Assembly (NCBI GenBank): GCA_958296235.1
Contig: OY282457.1
Coordinates: forward strand, 1,985,684 to 2,049,683
Direction: 5' to 3'
From: an uncultured Candidatus Binatia bacterium
GTDB taxonomy: Bacteria > Desulfobacterota > Binatia > Bin18
Length of the DNA: 64,000 nucleotides
Part shown: positions 61,952 through 64,000 of the stretch, piece after piece
Numbering within the stretch: the stretch's first letter is position 1
Layout of the letters: each line of letters begins with the position of its first letter
Position numbers and translations under genes: made by a program
The notes under the pieces: generated by a model
Databases searched by the model: none
What the model was told of the DNA's origin: nothing
Seen by the model: only the letters and a program-made list of their open reading frames with translations

Positions 61952-62971
61952 CTAGGGGTAGACCGGGGCGTCTCCATCGGGACGACGCTTCCAGCGCTTG
62001 TGTATCCACAGCCAATGGTCTGGATAGCGCTCAACCATATCCTGAAAGATGGCTGTGAATTGCGCGGTTGTGGCGCGGATATCTTCTTTTTGGTTCCCAG
62101 TCCGGATCGGTTCGATCAACGGTAAGATTACGATCTTGTGTTGGCCCGAGCCGTTTTCCCGAACCAGAAAAGCCGGCACAACCGGCACCCCTGTTGTCAG
62201 AGCCAGGCCGGCCAGGCCGGCCGAGGTTGAGGCCAGCCGTGAGAAAAACGGCACAAATACGCCCATCCGTCCAGAGGCGTTTTGATCCACCGCGGCGACA
62301 ACCGCACTCTTTTTCTTAATCGCCCGGAAGACCTCAAGCCCGGCGGTCGTTTTCTTAATCACGGTGGTCCCGCACCGTTCGCGCTCTGTAGTCAACACCT
62401 TTTCAATAAAGACATTGCGCAGCCGACGGTGGATGATGTGCACGGGCAGACCGTAACACGCAGCCGCATGGGCGAAGAGTTCCCAGTTGCCAAAATGTCC
62501 GGTGAGAATCAGGGCGCCGGTCTGGCGCAGTTTGTCACCCAGATGACGCCATTCGGCTTCATTCTCAAACTGTACCCGCTCGTGAATATTCTCTGGCGTG
62601 AGGGAACGCAAATGGCAGAACTCCGCCAGCAAGCGGCCCAGATTCCGAAAACTTTCACGCAAGATACGCTGCCGTTCCGCGGTGTCCTTGGCCGGAAAGG
62701 CCAGGGCCAGGTTCGTCAGCCCCACCTTGCGATGCGGCCAGTCTATCCAGTAGAGCAGACTGCCGAGGCCTTCGCCGAGCCGAAACGCGACGCGAAACGG
62801 CAACACCCGAAAGAAGGTGAAGAGGGCCAGGAACAGCACATATTCGAGCCGAGCGAGAGCGTGCTTTTTCTCACGAGCCGGACGGATGATTTTTTTTCTG
62901 AGCCGGCGCTCCTGCTGAGGAATCGCCGGCTCAGTCCGGGCAGTCACAGCCGTATCGTGCGCTGCGCCCAT
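61952..62971 (-). CDS. Lysophospholipid/lipid A (LpxL/HtrB-type) acyltransferase
   Basis: HFGNWE catalytic motif of the LPLAT superfamily, with an N-terminal TM. Confidence 0.75.
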   Translation of the reverse strand: MGAAHDTAVTARTEPAIPQQERRLRKKIIRPAREKKHALARLEYVLFLALFTFFRVLPFRVAFRLGEGLGSLLYWIDWPHRKVGLTNLALAFPAKDTAERQRILRESFRNLGRLLAEFCHLRSLTPENIHERVQFENEAEWRHLGDKLRQTGALILTGHFGNWELFAHAAACYGLPVHIIHRRLRNVFIEKVLTTERERCGTTVIKKTTAGLEVFRAIKKKSAVVAAVDQNASGRMGVFVPFFSRLASTSAGLAGLALTTGVPVVPAFLVRENGSGQHKIVILPLIEPIRTGNQKEDIRATTAQFTAIFQDMVERYPDHWLWIHKRWKRRPDGDAPVYP

Positions 62972-62991
62972 GATCTCTGATGAAAGGACGG

Positions 62992-63558
62992 CTAGGCTTC
63001 CGGCGCATCGGAAAACGAAAAGCCAAACGCTTCCCGTTCCTTTGCCATCAAGTCGGCAACGACCTGCCGATCAATATCCCGGTAGCGTTGCAGGGTTTCC
63101 CGCATCTTGCCTTCCCCGGCGTTTGCTCTCGCCATCTCTTTCAGCTCGTTTTTGATCCAGCCGATATGCCATTTTTCGTCTTTGGTGACTTCGTGCAGGA
63201 TGGCGAGCGTCTCCGGGTCGACATCGGTCCGTTTGGCGTGTTCAAGATAGCGGCGCTGGGCGCGCTCTTCGACCACGACGGTAAGGGCGAAGAGATCAAT
63301 CAACGAGCGAGGAATGCCGACGGCTCTGCCAATGCGGGTCTGATAGCCATCATCGACATGAACCGGCTCATACCCCAGGTCGGCAATGCGTTTCGTCCAT
63401 AACCAGGCGTGACGGGTTTCGTCAGCCAGATGCCGAGAGAGTTTGACCTGAGCCTCAACATTTTCGACTCGCATGGTCAATTTCAAGAGTAGCGTCGCGC
63501 CCCGTAGCTCGGCGTCGCGGTAATAGCTGTATAAATGGATCATCCGTGCATCGATAGA
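62992..63558 (-). CDS. Ferritin-like di-iron protein (MiaE/DUF455-like)
   Basis: Two ExxH motifs (ADETRHAW, KDEKWHIGW) on a four-helix-bundle-sized protein. Confidence 0.45.
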   Translation of the reverse strand, partial: SIDARMIHLYSYYRDAELRGATLLLKLTMRVENVEAQVKLSRHLADETRHAWLWTKRIADLGYEPVHVDDGYQTRIGRAVGIPRSLIDLFALTVVVEERAQRRYLEHAKRTDVDPETLAILHEVTKDEKWHIGWIKNELKEMARANAGEGKMRETLQRYRDIDRQVVADLMAKEREAFGFSFSDAPEA

Positions 63559-63735
63559 CATAAAGTGTTTACCTTCCACCCGATTCCACCCGAAAAGCCC
63601 TGTCCTCTTCTCGGCAAGAAAGGACGTCTCCCCCCGCCGGCTTCCCCCGGTATAGAGTAATGGTCACAGAAAAGCAAGAACCTCGGTAGCGCGCTAAGCA
63701 TCGACAAATACTCTATTTTTTTATACCGTGGCAGC

Positions 63736-64000
63736 CATGCAGCCGGCTTTCCGCTCTACACTGGATTCCTGCCCTTCGTCGTGGTTCAGAGCAGGCTTGT
63801 GGCTGGACATTATGCTCTGGAGCGGAGCGCTGTGTCTCTTGTTGCACGGCCTGAGCGGATGTTGGGGCGGTGAAGACACCCGCCTGGTAGCCCGGCCGAC
63901 CGGGCCATATCACCTGACCTTGGACTTGGGGCCAACACTCCCGCAGGCCGGCCAGGACACAACCCTGACCTTTCACCTGACCCATACCAGAACGCAACAA
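63736..64000 (+). CDS. 5' end of an ORF running off the window (possible secreted protein)
   Basis: ATG 63736 opens a frame that continues beyond 64000 (MQPAFRSTLDSCPSSWFRAGLWLDIMLWSGALCLLLHG...). No stop is seen in the window. Confidence 0.2.

Noticed and set aside
63713-64000. 95-aa ORF 63713..64000 on the minus strand
   Set aside because: Low-complexity, Gln/Gly-rich. The plus-strand frame opening at 63736 looks more protein-like but is itself low confidence.

Overview
This is a high-GC (~63%) bacterial chromosomal segment, probably from a diderm (it has outer-membrane beta-barrel paralogs ending in Phe, a Tat-signal amidohydrolase and a lipid A acyltransferase). Housekeeping genes are interleaved with accessory and mobile-looking material.

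Housekeeping: moeA (5' partial), ilvD, trpB2, recN, engB, gpmA, dCMP deaminase, an M50 protease and a carbon-nitrogen hydrolase.

Accessory content:
- A type I-G (formerly I-U) CRISPR-Cas interference module (cas3 with a C-terminal HD domain, csx17, csb1, csb2) plus a 10-repeat array. No cas1, cas2 or cas4 is present in the window. An unknown 381-aa gene lies on the far side of the array and a 69-aa ORF is fused to the cas3 start.
- An arsM-arsS arsenic-methylation pair.
- A redox-enzyme cluster of LLM flavin/F420-type oxidoreductases and SDRs.
- Three type II toxin-antitoxin loci: yafQ/dinJ, brnT/brnA and a mazF C-terminal remnant.
- A three-gene module (ADP-ribosylglycohydrolase, a small tandem-repeat protein, a PARG/macro-like protein) bracketed by direct duplicates of the trpB2 3' end.
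- Two single-gene insertions bracketed by direct copies of the GST 3' end.
- A DUF58-BatA-vWA membrane operon.
- An MMPL transporter fused to a cNMP-binding domain.
- Several families of short hairpin-forming interspersed repeats.

The most interesting candidates for undescribed biology are the ARH/PARG-like module with its gene-3'-end duplication scars and the adaptation-less I-G locus with its unknown neighbours.
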